IMG/VR virus record: IMGVR_UViG_3300011440_000001
DNA length: 64,000 nt
Source: a virus
Reading direction: 5' to 3' (one strand)
Below, piece after piece: positions 10,254-19,179 of the stretch (positions are counted from its first letter, which is position 1; each line of letters begins with the position of its first letter). The notes below the pieces were generated by a model. The model was given only the letters and a program-made list of their open reading frames with translations. It was not told the origin of the DNA and did no database searches. Both the position numbers and the translations under genes were made by a program.

Positions 10254-10921
10254 CGTCTGGCAGTCACCCTGGTACGTTCGGTCTTCACCTGCTCTCCGCG
10301 CTCGCGCTGCTTGCCCCGCCGGAACACTTCCTCGATGGGTTCCTTCACCTTTCCGCCGATCGCCTTGTCGAACAGCGCCATGGATGCACCCTGGACGGCG
10401 CCAGGCAACGCGCCCTCGACGAGCCCCCTCGCTGCTCCCCTGGCGACTGCTCCGGCTCCCGATCGTGCGGCGCGGTACATACTCCCAAGGCTCGTGCCGC
10501 GCGCTGCCGTCGCGATGCGCGGGCGCGTGAGCGCGCTGGCCTTGAGTTTGCCTGCGAACTCGTCCACCGCGGCTTCGGTGTAGCCGTGCCGCGCCGTTCT
10601 CATGGCCGACCGACCGAAGCGCCGCGCTTCCGCGTCACGCGCGGCCCTCTGGCCAGCGGTCATCGCCCGCTCTGCGGCATGTTCGCTTCTTTCGGCCTGT
10701 CTGGCCGCCCCGATGTCGGCGGCGCGGTACTCGCGCAACGGGTCGCGCCTGGCCTTCTGCGCGATCCGAGCCTGGCCGCGACGTTCCCCACCACCCCGCC
10801 GATCCGCTGTCGCGAGCCGAGTGCGCAGGTTCTGGAGGCGCTCGGCAACGCGGCGCTCCGCGGGGTCGGTGTAACTGGAAAGCGGCCTTCGCGGGGCGGT
10901 CGTCGGGTCCTTGAGGGCCAT
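10250..10921 (-). CDS. Arg/Ala-rich hypothetical head-associated protein
   Basis: 223 aa, very basic, between portal and scaffold. Confidence 0.4.
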   Translation of the reverse strand: MALKDPTTAPRRPLSSYTDPAERRVAERLQNLRTRLATADRRGGGERRGQARIAQKARRDPLREYRAADIGAARQAERSEHAAERAMTAGQRAARDAEARRFGRSAMRTARHGYTEAAVDEFAGKLKASALTRPRIATAARGTSLGSMYRAARSGAGAVARGAARGLVEGALPGAVQGASMALFDKAIGGKVKEPIEEVFRRGKQRERGEQVKTERTRVTARR

Positions 10922-10931
10922 GTGCCTGCTC

Positions 10932-11195
10932 CTACTGGGCCTTCTGCCCGTACATCTGGCTCAGCGAACTGAAGTGCGCTCCACGCTTCGGGCCGCGCGG
11001 CGCAGCCTGCCTAGGCTGGTCCTTGCCGCGCTTGACGCCCATCCTACGAAGCTCGTTGGCCGCGTCGAGGACTGACTGCTGCCCGCGCTCGTACATCGGC
11101 TTGTTGTGCTTCGCCCAGCCGGACGCCTGCTGGCCGACGAGGTTCCGGTTGGTCTGCTTGATCTTGTCTTCGAGGTGCTCTCTCTTGCCGTACAC
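10932..11195 (-). CDS. small basic protein (87 aa)
   Basis: Lys/Arg-rich ORF following the portal. Confidence 0.35.
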   Translation of the reverse strand: MYGKREHLEDKIKQTNRNLVGQQASGWAKHNKPMYERGQQSVLDAANELRRMGVKRGKDQPRQAAPRGPKRGAHFSSLSQMYGQKAQ

Positions 11196-11198
11196 GGC

Positions 11199-11393
11199 CT
11201 ACTTGCCCCGTTCGCGATACATCGCCGAGAGCCTCTTCGGCCCACCGCGCTTCTTCTTGCGCACGCGCTCAGGCAGACTCTTGACGCCGCCCTTGGTGTG
11301 ATGCGCGAAGCGCGATGCGGTGCCCTTCTTCACGTCGCCGCGGGCCTCTGCGGCCCGCATGAATCTCGCCTGAGATTTGCTCGCGTAAGGCAC
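11199..11393 (-). CDS. small basic protein (64 aa)
   Basis: Lys/Arg-rich ORF following the portal. Confidence 0.35.
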   Translation of the reverse strand: MPYASKSQARFMRAAEARGDVKKGTASRFAHHTKGGVKSLPERVRKKKRGGPKRLSAMYRERGK

Positions 11394-11405
11394 GGTTGCA
11401 TCCCC

Positions 11406-13712
11406 CTACACTGCGCCCATTGGAGGTCCGGCTGGGCTCATCTGCTGGCGCGCAGCAGTCGGGCCGACTGTACCACGACCTCCAGGTTTCCCACTGCGGC
11501 CTGGTGGACCGCCGCCCGGAGGCGCCGCACCAGGTGGCGCTCCCGGTTCTTGCGACTCGCCACCGCCAGCGCCTGCAATCCCGCGCGGCACGCCCGGCGG
11601 CGGCTCAGGTTCCCCGCCAGCCGTCGCATCGGCCATGGCCTCCATGCGCGCTTCCTTGAACATCGCCCCCTGCTGCATCATGACCATGCGCTCCTGCAGC
11701 TCGCGCGCGTGCTCCTCGATCCGCATGCGGATGTCTTCAGAGGAGTTCTCAAAGCTGCTCGTCTTCATGTAGTCCACCGTGACCATGAAGTGGATGGCGA
11801 CGTTGTCGTAGGGGCCGATCTGGACTTCCTCGCCGTCTTCGAGCGCGGCGAGCAGGCTCTCGGCCTTCCTGATGTCGCCAGCGCTCTCGTCAACGAACTT
11901 CTCGTCGCCCACTCCCATCAGCTCGCGGATCCTGATGCGGTTGCGCGGGTCCATGATGTTGATGGCCCCCATGCCAACCAGGTCCACGACGGTCTGGGCC
12001 TTGCTGACCTCGTCCTGGATCGCCTTGGGCTCGGCCTCGATGCGGTAGACGTAGTTGTCGCGCATGTCGGAAGCGCGGAAATACCCGAGCGCCCGCCTGG
12101 ATCCGCGTCCTGGCAGGCTCACCCGGCGCGGGACAGTCCACGCAGGCGAGCGCTGGATGGCGTAGAGCCTGTGGGTCTCCATCTCCTCGTGGTGGCGGTG
12201 CAGGTGCGAGACCTTCGGGGCGAAGCGCACCGACGCTCGCTGGATGAGCTGACGCAGCGCGATACCAGCGCTGATCCCCTGAGGCCGCTCCCCGACCAGG
12301 ACTTGCTTGGAGCCGCTGACGCGCTCGAAGAACTCCTGAATGAACATCTGCATGTCGGCGACATACCCGGCGTCGGCCGGGTGCCGCCCCTGGACGAACT
12401 CCGGCTTCTCGCCGCGCGGGCCGGGTTTGTACTTGTAGATCGCCCCGACGTTCGCCATCAGATCCGCCTCGGTGAATGAGCCCTTTGCTTCTGTGGGGGC
12501 GAGCCAGAAGGGCACGGCCTGGACCTTGCGCGCCAGGGTGTTCTGCGCGACCGCGCTCTCGAGGTGCCGGTTCAGGCTGATGAGCGGATGCACCAGACCG
12601 AGCGACCATGGACTGCCAGGAATCGGCGTGTAGCGACTCTGCGTGATGAGGGACTTTGCCAGCGGCAGCGGCCCGCCGTACATGACCCCAGAACCTGCCA
12701 CCAGGAACAGCCGGCCCTCCGGGTACAGCCTCGACGGTGCGAACTCCACGTGGTGGACAACGATCTGCTTCTCGAAGCTGTTGAACTGCCCCGAACCCCT
12801 GTTCCAGGCGCTCGCCATCCCCGAGGAACTGATCTCGTGGAGCATCATCTCCTGCAGGCGCCACTGCCAGCTCGCGAGGGGATGGTCGCCCATGCTGTCG
12901 CCTACGTGGTCCCTGATGTGCGGGTACTGCTCCTTGAGCGCCTCGACACCCTGGAGCACGTGGACGTGGCGCACGCGCGCGTCAGCAGCGCACGTCGCTC
13001 CTGGGTTGAAGAAGATCTGGATCCCCATCAGCAGGCGCGTCTTGGCATCCGCGAGGGTGAGTTTCGCCTTCGTTGTGGAGCCATCGGGCAGCGGGATGTC
13101 GATCTCGACGGCCTCGTTGGCGTCCTCGTCGATCTCGGTGAGGGTGAACATATCGCCGGCAACGACTGTCCCGAGTACCAGCATCTGCTGCAACTCGTCC
13201 ATCCGGTCGGCGTCCCACTTGAACTGGCGGATGCGTTCTGCGACATCGGCGCCGAGGCGGTCGTAGGGGGCGTTGCTATTGGGGATGACGTGGCCCGTGA
13301 CGATGCCCTTGTTGAGGTCCCCGGCCACCGACTCGACCTTCTCGAGGCACAGGTTGATGGTGGGGCGCGGGATGCGCACGGCCTGCTCGTTCGTGACGAA
13401 ACGCATCCTGCGATCATCGACCCGGAGGTGGTGCTGGCCGATGAACCAGAGCCAGGCTTCGATGGTGCGCGCGTAGACGCGCATGAGGTTGGACTGCGCC
13501 CAGCCGTACTGCTTTTTCACCAGCGCGACGATGTCCTGCTCGAGCACCGGGTGGTCTGATTCCAGCAGGCCGCGCTGGATGGCTCCCTGGAGGCCCCGGT
13601 TGAGGTAATCCGAGTCGATGTGGCTCGAGCCAAGCTGCTGGGCAGAGTCGAGCACCGCGGGCGCGCGCGTGGGGACCGGGGGCATACCGCGAACGACGCT
13701 GGGTGTGGCCAC
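11406..13712 (-). CDS. portal protein (putative)
   Basis: 768 aa, immediately downstream of the terminase nuclease-domain gene. Acidic Gly/Pro-rich C-terminal tail. GTG start with SD AGGAG. Confidence 0.6.
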   Translation of the reverse strand: MATPSVVRGMPPVPTRAPAVLDSAQQLGSSHIDSDYLNRGLQGAIQRGLLESDHPVLEQDIVALVKKQYGWAQSNLMRVYARTIEAWLWFIGQHHLRVDDRRMRFVTNEQAVRIPRPTINLCLEKVESVAGDLNKGIVTGHVIPNSNAPYDRLGADVAERIRQFKWDADRMDELQQMLVLGTVVAGDMFTLTEIDEDANEAVEIDIPLPDGSTTKAKLTLADAKTRLLMGIQIFFNPGATCAADARVRHVHVLQGVEALKEQYPHIRDHVGDSMGDHPLASWQWRLQEMMLHEISSSGMASAWNRGSGQFNSFEKQIVVHHVEFAPSRLYPEGRLFLVAGSGVMYGGPLPLAKSLITQSRYTPIPGSPWSLGLVHPLISLNRHLESAVAQNTLARKVQAVPFWLAPTEAKGSFTEADLMANVGAIYKYKPGPRGEKPEFVQGRHPADAGYVADMQMFIQEFFERVSGSKQVLVGERPQGISAGIALRQLIQRASVRFAPKVSHLHRHHEEMETHRLYAIQRSPAWTVPRRVSLPGRGSRRALGYFRASDMRDNYVYRIEAEPKAIQDEVSKAQTVVDLVGMGAINIMDPRNRIRIRELMGVGDEKFVDESAGDIRKAESLLAALEDGEEVQIGPYDNVAIHFMVTVDYMKTSSFENSSEDIRMRIEEHARELQERMVMMQQGAMFKEARMEAMADATAGGEPEPPPGVPRGIAGAGGGESQEPGAPPGAAPPGGGPPGRSGKPGGRGTVGPTAARQQMSPAGPPMGAV

Positions 13713-13718
13713 GTCCGG

Positions 13719-14060
13719 CTACTCCTGTGGACTACCGAAACCGAACCCTGCCTCCGGGTCGCCCGGCTGGCCTCTCTCCAACTCTCCGAAGACTCTCTCC
13801 GCGACCGCGTGAGGATCCGATCCCGCGGTGTTGCCGTTGCGCTGTGCCTCGGCCCGCGCCGCGGCACCTGCCACCAGTCGGTCGCGCTCGTCGGTAAGCT
13901 GCGCGATGATGCGGCTGTACCCCACGCCGTGGAACTGCACGAGCAGGGCGTGGAGTTCCTTCACGCGCGCGCTTTCGGCCTCGAGCGCCTTCGTGACCAG
14001 CGCGATCGCCTCCTTGCAGATGGCGTGGTCGCACCGATGTGGCTCGCCGAACAGATTCAT
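13719..14060 (-). CDS. small hypothetical protein between TerL and portal (113 aa; start trimmed)
   Basis: ATG at 14060 preceded by AGGGGAGG. Overlaps the TerL-C stop. Confidence 0.4.
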   Translation of the reverse strand: MNLFGEPHRCDHAICKEAIALVTKALEAESARVKELHALLVQFHGVGYSRIIAQLTDERDRLVAGAAARAEAQRNGNTAGSDPHAVAERVFGELERGQPGDPEAGFGFGSPQE

Positions 14061-15286
14061 GCCGCCTCCCCTATCCAATCGGACTTTTTCTCTGCATCGC
14101 CGCGCTGCAATGCGGCCAGTTGCTGGCTGGCCTCGTTGAGCGCCTGCATGATCTCCTGTTGCCGCACTTTGCGCCAGTCCGTCAGCGGGTTGAGCACCCG
14201 ATCGCCGAGTCTCGCCGGTGTCCAGTCCTCGCTGAGCATGTACTTATTGGCGTCCCAGGTGTGGTTGTCGTAGTCCTGGATCGTCTCTGGGGCGTTGGAG
14301 TTCGGATCGGGGTTCTCCTGCCACTTGAGGTTGGCGATTTCGTGTCTCTGCGCCGCCATGTTGCTGCAGAAATAGCCCCCGAACAGCATGTAGCCCTCCG
14401 GCTTCGGGTCCAGGCCAAGCACCATGAGTGTGTCTGCGCTCAGGCTCGGGAAGTGCCGGCGCATGAAGACGGTCTTCCTGAAATGCTCGATCTCGATGGT
14501 CTCGCGCCCGCGCCTGCGCGGGGGGCGGCACGAGATGGCGTCGGGCTCGGCCTGGAGCTGCTCGAGCAGGTTGGTGCGCGGCGCCTCAGCACCGAAGCTG
14601 ATGAGCTGGCGCTGCTTGGAGGCCGGGTCGATGAAGATGTCATCGAAGACCTGGTTGCCCATCTTCTGATGGATGGTGTACTTCACGGCCGCCGTGCCCG
14701 TGAGATAGCGGTGGTCCTCATCGGTCTCGATCCGCAGGTCATAGGCGTTGCGGATGTAAAGCTCGTCGTACCAGACGATGATTCCCTCGGGGCTGATGGC
14801 GGCGAACGTCACGGCGAAGGGGTTCACGCTCGCCGGGTCGATGCCCATGCGCCTGGACCAGTAATCGGGGATCGGGATGCGCGGCTGGATGATGTGACTG
14901 ACCGATGGGTGCAGGTCGTCCTTGTTGATGAACTCGGGGAAGACCTTCAGGCCCTTGTGGATGGACCAATCGAGTTCCATGTAGCGCGCCCAGTCGTGCC
15001 CATCGATCCCCCCGGGCATGTGCGAGGCGGCTTCCGAGCGCCATTCATCCGATCGCTTCGTCGGATCCGCGGTGTAGTGGATCTCGGCGACTGCGAAGTG
15101 GTTGATGTTGTTCTCCCACGCCCTGACGCCGATGCACGGCGACTCCGGGTTCTCGTGCGCCGCCTTGCCGCTGCCTTCGGGAGAGAATCCAATGGGTGGC
15201 CGCTGCTCGAGGCGAGGGATCAGCATCTGTCGCAGGACATCGGACGGAGAGGGAGCGCTCGGTTGCGAGAGACTGTCCGTGCTCAC
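14057..15286 (-). CDS. terminase large subunit, C-terminal part (lid + RNase-H-fold nuclease domain only)
   Basis: Nuclease motif G-I-D-P-A ... FAVTFAAI ... GIIVWYDELYI, typical of the first catalytic Asp region of TerL nucleases. No Walker motifs. GTG start with weak SD, and the first ~40 aa are low complexity. Confidence 0.55.
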   Translation of the reverse strand: MSTDSLSQPSAPSPSDVLRQMLIPRLEQRPPIGFSPEGSGKAAHENPESPCIGVRAWENNINHFAVAEIHYTADPTKRSDEWRSEAASHMPGGIDGHDWARYMELDWSIHKGLKVFPEFINKDDLHPSVSHIIQPRIPIPDYWSRRMGIDPASVNPFAVTFAAISPEGIIVWYDELYIRNAYDLRIETDEDHRYLTGTAAVKYTIHQKMGNQVFDDIFIDPASKQRQLISFGAEAPRTNLLEQLQAEPDAISCRPPRRRGRETIEIEHFRKTVFMRRHFPSLSADTLMVLGLDPKPEGYMLFGGYFCSNMAAQRHEIANLKWQENPDPNSNAPETIQDYDNHTWDANKYMLSEDWTPARLGDRVLNPLTDWRKVRQQEIMQALNEASQQLAALQRGDAEKKSDWIGEAA

Positions 15287-15349
15287 GCTCGCAGCCTACA
15301 CAGCAATGGCACTTGAGTCAACGAAGCCCTCCTGCTACCGTGGAAGAGC

Positions 15350-16093
15350 ATGAGCGGCACCAACGGCAACAGCGCGGTGACGGTCGAAGAGGAAACGTCG
15401 GCAGAAGAAGGCAGCGTTGACCTCGACGCCGTAGTTGCCACCGTCGAGCCAGAAGACCCCCTCAAGCCCTTCCCCACGCCCTACAAGGGCAAGTTCCGCC
15501 GCGTCAGCGCGCAGATGTACGCACAGCGTGTGTTCGCCGTGCTCGCCAATCCCGCTTTCGATGACCTGAACATCGGGCAGAAAGCTGAGCATGCGGATAT
15601 GAAGGCATCCACGTTCAGCCGCTACTGCAGCGACGAGATGATCTACGCGGTGATGAAGTTCCGTAGGCGCCGGCTGATGGCGGAGATCCCGGCGATCGAC
15701 AAGGCACTCGTCAAGCGGGCCAAGATGGGCAGTCTCGGGCACATCGAACTGGCCTACGAGCGGCTCGAGGGGTACCATCGCGACCAGGCTGCGGCAGGCG
15801 TGGACGAGACCACGCGAAAACTCGCCGCCCAGGCATGGGGGATGCTCGATGCCAGCACCAGGGAGACCATCAGCGACGCAGTCGCACGCTCCTGGAGCAA
15901 CCGACACCGATCACCAGACGCTGGTGGCGACGATGGCGGCGCTCCAAAGGGCGAGCCTCGACCCGCAGTGGGCGATTCTGAACTCGGGCCTGTTCCACAC
16001 CTGGGACAAGGCAGACCCGAATCACCCGTACAAGCCACTGCCGAACTGGATGGATTACCTTCGGTTCGTGGTCCACTGGACCCACTCGCATGA
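15350..16093 (+). CDS. putative terminase small subunit / DNA-binding protein
   Basis: ATG with SD GGAAGAG. N-terminal ~170 aa look protein-like with a helix-turn-helix-like segment. The C-terminal ~60 aa are low complexity and overlap the TerL-N ORF in another frame. Confidence 0.35.
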   Translation: MSGTNGNSAVTVEEETSAEEGSVDLDAVVATVEPEDPLKPFPTPYKGKFRRVSAQMYAQRVFAVLANPAFDDLNIGQKAEHADMKASTFSRYCSDEMIYAVMKFRRRRLMAEIPAIDKALVKRAKMGSLGHIELAYERLEGYHRDQAAAGVDETTRKLAAQAWGMLDASTRETISDAVARSWSNRHRSPDAGGDDGGAPKGEPRPAVGDSELGPVPHLGQGRPESPVQATAELDGLPSVRGPLDPLA

Positions 16094-16637
16094 CCGGGTA
16101 GCGTTCGCCAAGTCGCGCGACGTGATGCTCACCCTCACCGTGAGCATGTACTGCCTCTGGTACTGCCTCTTCCGGTCGGGCACGGAAGCCATCGCTATTT
16201 CCGACAAGGCCGAGAAGGCCGAGCACAACCTGGGCCGCATCTGGACCGGGTATCGCTCGATGCCACAGATCGCGCGCCACCTGATGCCCGCCTCCCAGCG
16301 CCTCGGCACCTCCGGCCAGGCCCGCATCATCACCATGGACGAGCGGGTGTCCTTCATCCCAGGCCAGGCGGATTTCAAGGGGTCGCGGCTCGAAGCGATC
16401 GCCTCGGGGCCTGACAAGATCCAGGAATACCACCCCACCATCGTCTTCATCGACCAGGTGGACACCACGAGGCTGCTGCGCGACACCCTGGCCGCCATCT
16501 TCCCGGTCATGAAGCGGGGCACCAAGATCATCATGGTGGGGTGCCCGCATCCGGGTGTGTGGCGGGAGATCTGCTACGACATGGACGAGATGAGTTCGGT
16601 CAGGCTTTCTGGTCCGGCTGAGGTGGTGGCGGCGTAG
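15849..16637 (+). CDS. terminase large subunit, N-terminal ATPase domain only
   Basis: Deviant Walker A (A-K-S-R-D-V-M-L-T, lambda gpA-like K-S-x-R-x-G). Walker B I-I-T-M-D-E. Coupling motif I-I-M-V-G-C-P. The ORF stops right after motif III. SD GGGGGA upstream of ATG 15849. Confidence 0.5.
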   Translation: MPAPGRPSATQSHAPGATDTDHQTLVATMAALQRASLDPQWAILNSGLFHTWDKADPNHPYKPLPNWMDYLRFVVHWTHSHDRVAFAKSRDVMLTLTVSMYCLWYCLFRSGTEAIAISDKAEKAEHNLGRIWTGYRSMPQIARHLMPASQRLGTSGQARIITMDERVSFIPGQADFKGSRLEAIASGPDKIQEYHPTIVFIDQVDTTRLLRDTLAAIFPVMKRGTKIIMVGCPHPGVWREICYDMDEMSSVRLSGPAEVVAA

Positions 16638-17400
16638 GGGCTTTGCGCACCACCCCGCAGAGCCTCATGGCCTCTCGGCACGTCGGGCGGCGGCAGTCGC
16701 GCACGAACTGCTTGTGTCCGGTGAGCCGATGCACGCTCACGAAGTATTCGTAGAGCGCGACCCTGGCGCGCTGGAGGGATTCGCCGGCCAGGTCGTTGAG
16801 GTCGGCCACGCGATCGATGCACGCGCTCTCGATGATCCCCGCCAACACGCGGTACAGTTCCTTGATGTTCTGGTCCTGGGAGTATTCGCGGCGTTCCTCG
16901 TGCCGTAACTGCATGCCCTTGCGCTGCTTGCGGTTGCTATAGCGTTTGTAGGCCAGCCGGTCGGAGCCGACGATGTTGGTGAGATACGACTGGGTGAGGT
17001 TCGCCACCATATCGGCGCGCACGTTCCACAGGCTGCGCGCGAGGTCCTCAGGCTCGACTTTCCAGTGCCGCAGCGTCCAGCCAACCAGGCGGCACAGGCG
17101 CTGCTCGAACTGGCACATCTGGTACATGAAGCGCGCGCGATCCCGCCGGTCCAGCATCAGGTAGTCGAAGAGCTTCTCGGCAACCTCCGGCCCACCGCAC
17201 CTGGTGTGGTAGGCGATGGCCTCGAGATAGACGGGCGAGATGCCGAGTTCGTGGGCCAGATATTTGATGGTGAAGCCGCGCAGGTTGATGAGCCGCGCGA
17301 TCTCGCTCTTGCCGAGCGTCACGCGCACGCGCTGCCTGCCTTTCTTGAAGCCCCCCGGCACCGGAGGCAAGCCGTCAAGATCCAGGATGTTCTCGCTCAA
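16600..17400 (-). CDS. helix-turn-helix DNA-binding protein
   Basis: 266 aa with an HTH-like segment (IKYLAHELGISPVYLEAIAY). Last gene of a six-gene minus-strand operon. Confidence 0.45.
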   Translation of the reverse strand: MSENILDLDGLPPVPGGFKKGRQRVRVTLGKSEIARLINLRGFTIKYLAHELGISPVYLEAIAYHTRCGGPEVAEKLFDYLMLDRRDRARFMYQMCQFEQRLCRLVGWTLRHWKVEPEDLARSLWNVRADMVANLTQSYLTNIVGSDRLAYKRYSNRKQRKGMQLRHEERREYSQDQNIKELYRVLAGIIESACIDRVADLNDLAGESLQRARVALYEYFVSVHRLTGHKQFVRDCRRPTCREAMRLCGVVRKAPTPPPPQPDQKA

Positions 17401-17605
17401 TTTCGACCATCCTCGTCATCTCGTGGATCGGCTGGGCCATCCAGGCGTAGCCGTTGAACTCGATGCGCGTCTTTCTCCCGTTGACGTACCTGCAGGCGCC
17501 CTTGGGCACAGGCATTTTCTTGAGGATGACCTCGCCACCGCAGTACCGCGGCCAGTATGTGGCCTCCGAGCGCGCCAGGCAGTACGGGCAGATGGCGATG
17601 ATCAC
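17375..17605 (-). CDS. small zinc-ribbon protein (76 aa)
   Basis: CPYC ... C ... C spacing. Start overlaps the upstream stop. Confidence 0.4.
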   Translation of the reverse strand: MIIAICPYCLARSEATYWPRYCGGEVILKKMPVPKGACRYVNGRKTRIEFNGYAWMAQPIHEMTRMVEIEREHPGS

Positions 17606-17799
17606 CCGACTGGGTCTGCGATCTTCCGAAGCACCGGCCGCCCCTGGATGACCGTTATGGAGCGCACCCCTTCATCTGCGGCGGCGAGTGCGCAGTGCTC
17701 CCTCCAGACAAGAACAGCGTCAGCCAGGCTGTCGGCCTCGACGTAGTCTTTCACCGCACCAACACTTATTTTGTTCCAGATCACTTGGAAAAGCATCAT
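17602..17799 (-). CDS. small hypothetical protein (65 aa)
   Basis: ORF coupled to its neighbours by overlapping start/stop. Confidence 0.3.
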   Translation of the reverse strand: MMLFQVIWNKISVGAVKDYVEADSLADAVLVWREHCALAAADEGVRSITVIQGRPVLRKIADPVG

Positions 17800-17975
17800 C
17801 CCCCCTGTTCGTCTTCGTCGTCCCAGGTTTCCTCAGAGCACGGGTCGTTGGGGTCGCAGTTCACGCACGGTTCTTCACCGTGCTCCTCGTGGTCGCACTC
17901 CCTGCAGATCCCGTGGCCGCATTTGTCGCACACGTCCTCGAGATCGTGGTTGTCGCAGTCGTTGCCGTTGTCCAT
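17796..17975 (-). CDS. small acidic Cys-rich protein (59 aa; start trimmed)
   Basis: 8 Cys in CxxC/CxC patterns and many Asp/Glu. ATG overlaps the vWA stop (TGAgATG). Confidence 0.4.
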   Translation of the reverse strand: MDNGNDCDNHDLEDVCDKCGHGICRECDHEEHGEEPCVNCDPNDPCSEETWDDEDEQGG

Positions 17976-17976
17976 C

Positions 17977-18723
17977 TCACTTGCTGGTGTGCTCAGCGCT
18001 CCTCTTGCCGGGCCAGGTCGTGCTGTCTTGCGCGGGATCGACGTTGACGACGGGCGGCACGGTGGTGTTGGTGACCGGAGGGTATTGCTCCGCACCCGTC
18101 TCGGCGCCTTCGTCATGCTCGCGGCCGTAGAACGAACTCACCTGCTGGCCCCCGCCGCGCAGAAACGACTCGGTAGAGGCCGACATTCCGCGGACTGCGC
18201 GGATGGTGCCTTGCGGCGTGCCGTGGAAGTTCATGACGTTGCCCACGGGAATGCCCATGGCCATGCCGACTGCCCAGGCGTCCTGGTTCGCGCCGAGGTA
18301 CGTGAAGGTCCAGTTCTTGGTGGCCTCCTTCTCGGCGATGAGCGCCTTGAGCGAGTGGAGAGTGTGCTCACGGCTGGAGTTCTCCTCCCCATCGGTCAGC
18401 ACGCAGAACAGGACCTTGGTGTGCACGCAGATGCGCTTTTCGGTGTCGCGGATGCTCTCGAACACCGCGTCGTGGAGCGCCGTGCCACCATCGGGCTGGT
18501 AGCTCAGCAAGGTGAGCGGATGGCAATTCTTCACCGGCTCGCCGTTGTAGCGGGTCTCACGCGCCGTGTTGAACTGCACGAGCGTCATGCCAACGTCCGG
18601 GTACGACTTCTGGATCGAGCCGAGGTACTCGTTGAACGCCGAGATGGTCGCGGCCTTCTTACTCTCCATCGAGCCAGAGCGATCGAGCACGACGACGATT
18701 GTGATGTTCGGATCGGGAATCAT
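17977..18723 (-). CDS. von Willebrand factor A (vWA) domain protein
   Basis: MIDAS motif V-V-V-L-D-R-S-G-S-M near the N-terminus, with downstream T and D residues at expected spacing. Confidence 0.6.
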   Translation of the reverse strand: MIPDPNITIVVVLDRSGSMESKKAATISAFNEYLGSIQKSYPDVGMTLVQFNTARETRYNGEPVKNCHPLTLLSYQPDGGTALHDAVFESIRDTEKRICVHTKVLFCVLTDGEENSSREHTLHSLKALIAEKEATKNWTFTYLGANQDAWAVGMAMGIPVGNVMNFHGTPQGTIRAVRGMSASTESFLRGGGQQVSSFYGREHDEGAETGAEQYPPVTNTTVPPVVNVDPAQDSTTWPGKRSAEHTSK

Positions 18724-19085
18724 TGAGGTTGTCCCTCCTTCTCCGGTATTGTCGGTACGCGTATTTTCACTTCACGAACGCGGAAGAGGTAGTGCCCGCC
18801 GCGTCGTGACAACTCCCACGTGAACATCCAGAGCACGTGGTTTTGCTGCATCGCGCTGATGATGCTCTCGTTGCCAGACCAGCCGCCGGTCGCGATCTCG
18901 TAGATCCGCGGGCCGGCCGTCTCTGCGGCGCCTCTTGCGGCCCGCTCCCGCCAGCCCCAGTCCTCCGCCCACCAGCAGGATTTGATGAAGACGAACCAGG
19001 CGATCTGGCCTGCGCGCGTGAAAGCATCCCACCGCGCGATCTTCTCGAGTTCGTCTTCGGTGGGATACTGATTGTCGTCAGGCAT
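18720..19085 (-). CDS. hypothetical protein (Trp-rich, 121 aa)
   Basis: First gene of the minus-strand operon, divergent from the OMP promoter. Confidence 0.4.
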   Translation of the reverse strand: MPDDNQYPTEDELEKIARWDAFTRAGQIAWFVFIKSCWWAEDWGWRERAARGAAETAGPRIYEIATGGWSGNESIISAMQQNHVLWMFTWELSRRGGHYLFRVREVKIRVPTIPEKEGQPQ

Positions 19086-19110
19086 CGCAGAGTGGAAGAG
19101 TACATTCCGC

Positions 19111-19139
19111 TAGACACGGGTGTCAAGCGAAATTATACT
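19111..19139 (+). promoter_or_regulatory. sigma70-like promoter with embedded palindromic operator (copy 1)
   Basis: TAGACA-N17-TATACT. The -35 element is half of the palindrome TAGACA-CGGG-TGTCAA. Confidence 0.45.
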
Positions 19140-19179
19140 CCGCGGCGCGTGAGTTCACCCGCATGAGGAGGATGCTCTG

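Noticed and set aside
15870-16550. 226-aa minus-strand ORF antisense to the TerL ATPase half, which would have made the terminase contiguous on one strand
   Set aside because: Arg/Gly/Leu/Val-dominated antisense-type composition with no ATPase or nuclease motifs. The plus-strand frame carries clear Walker A, Walker B and motif III.
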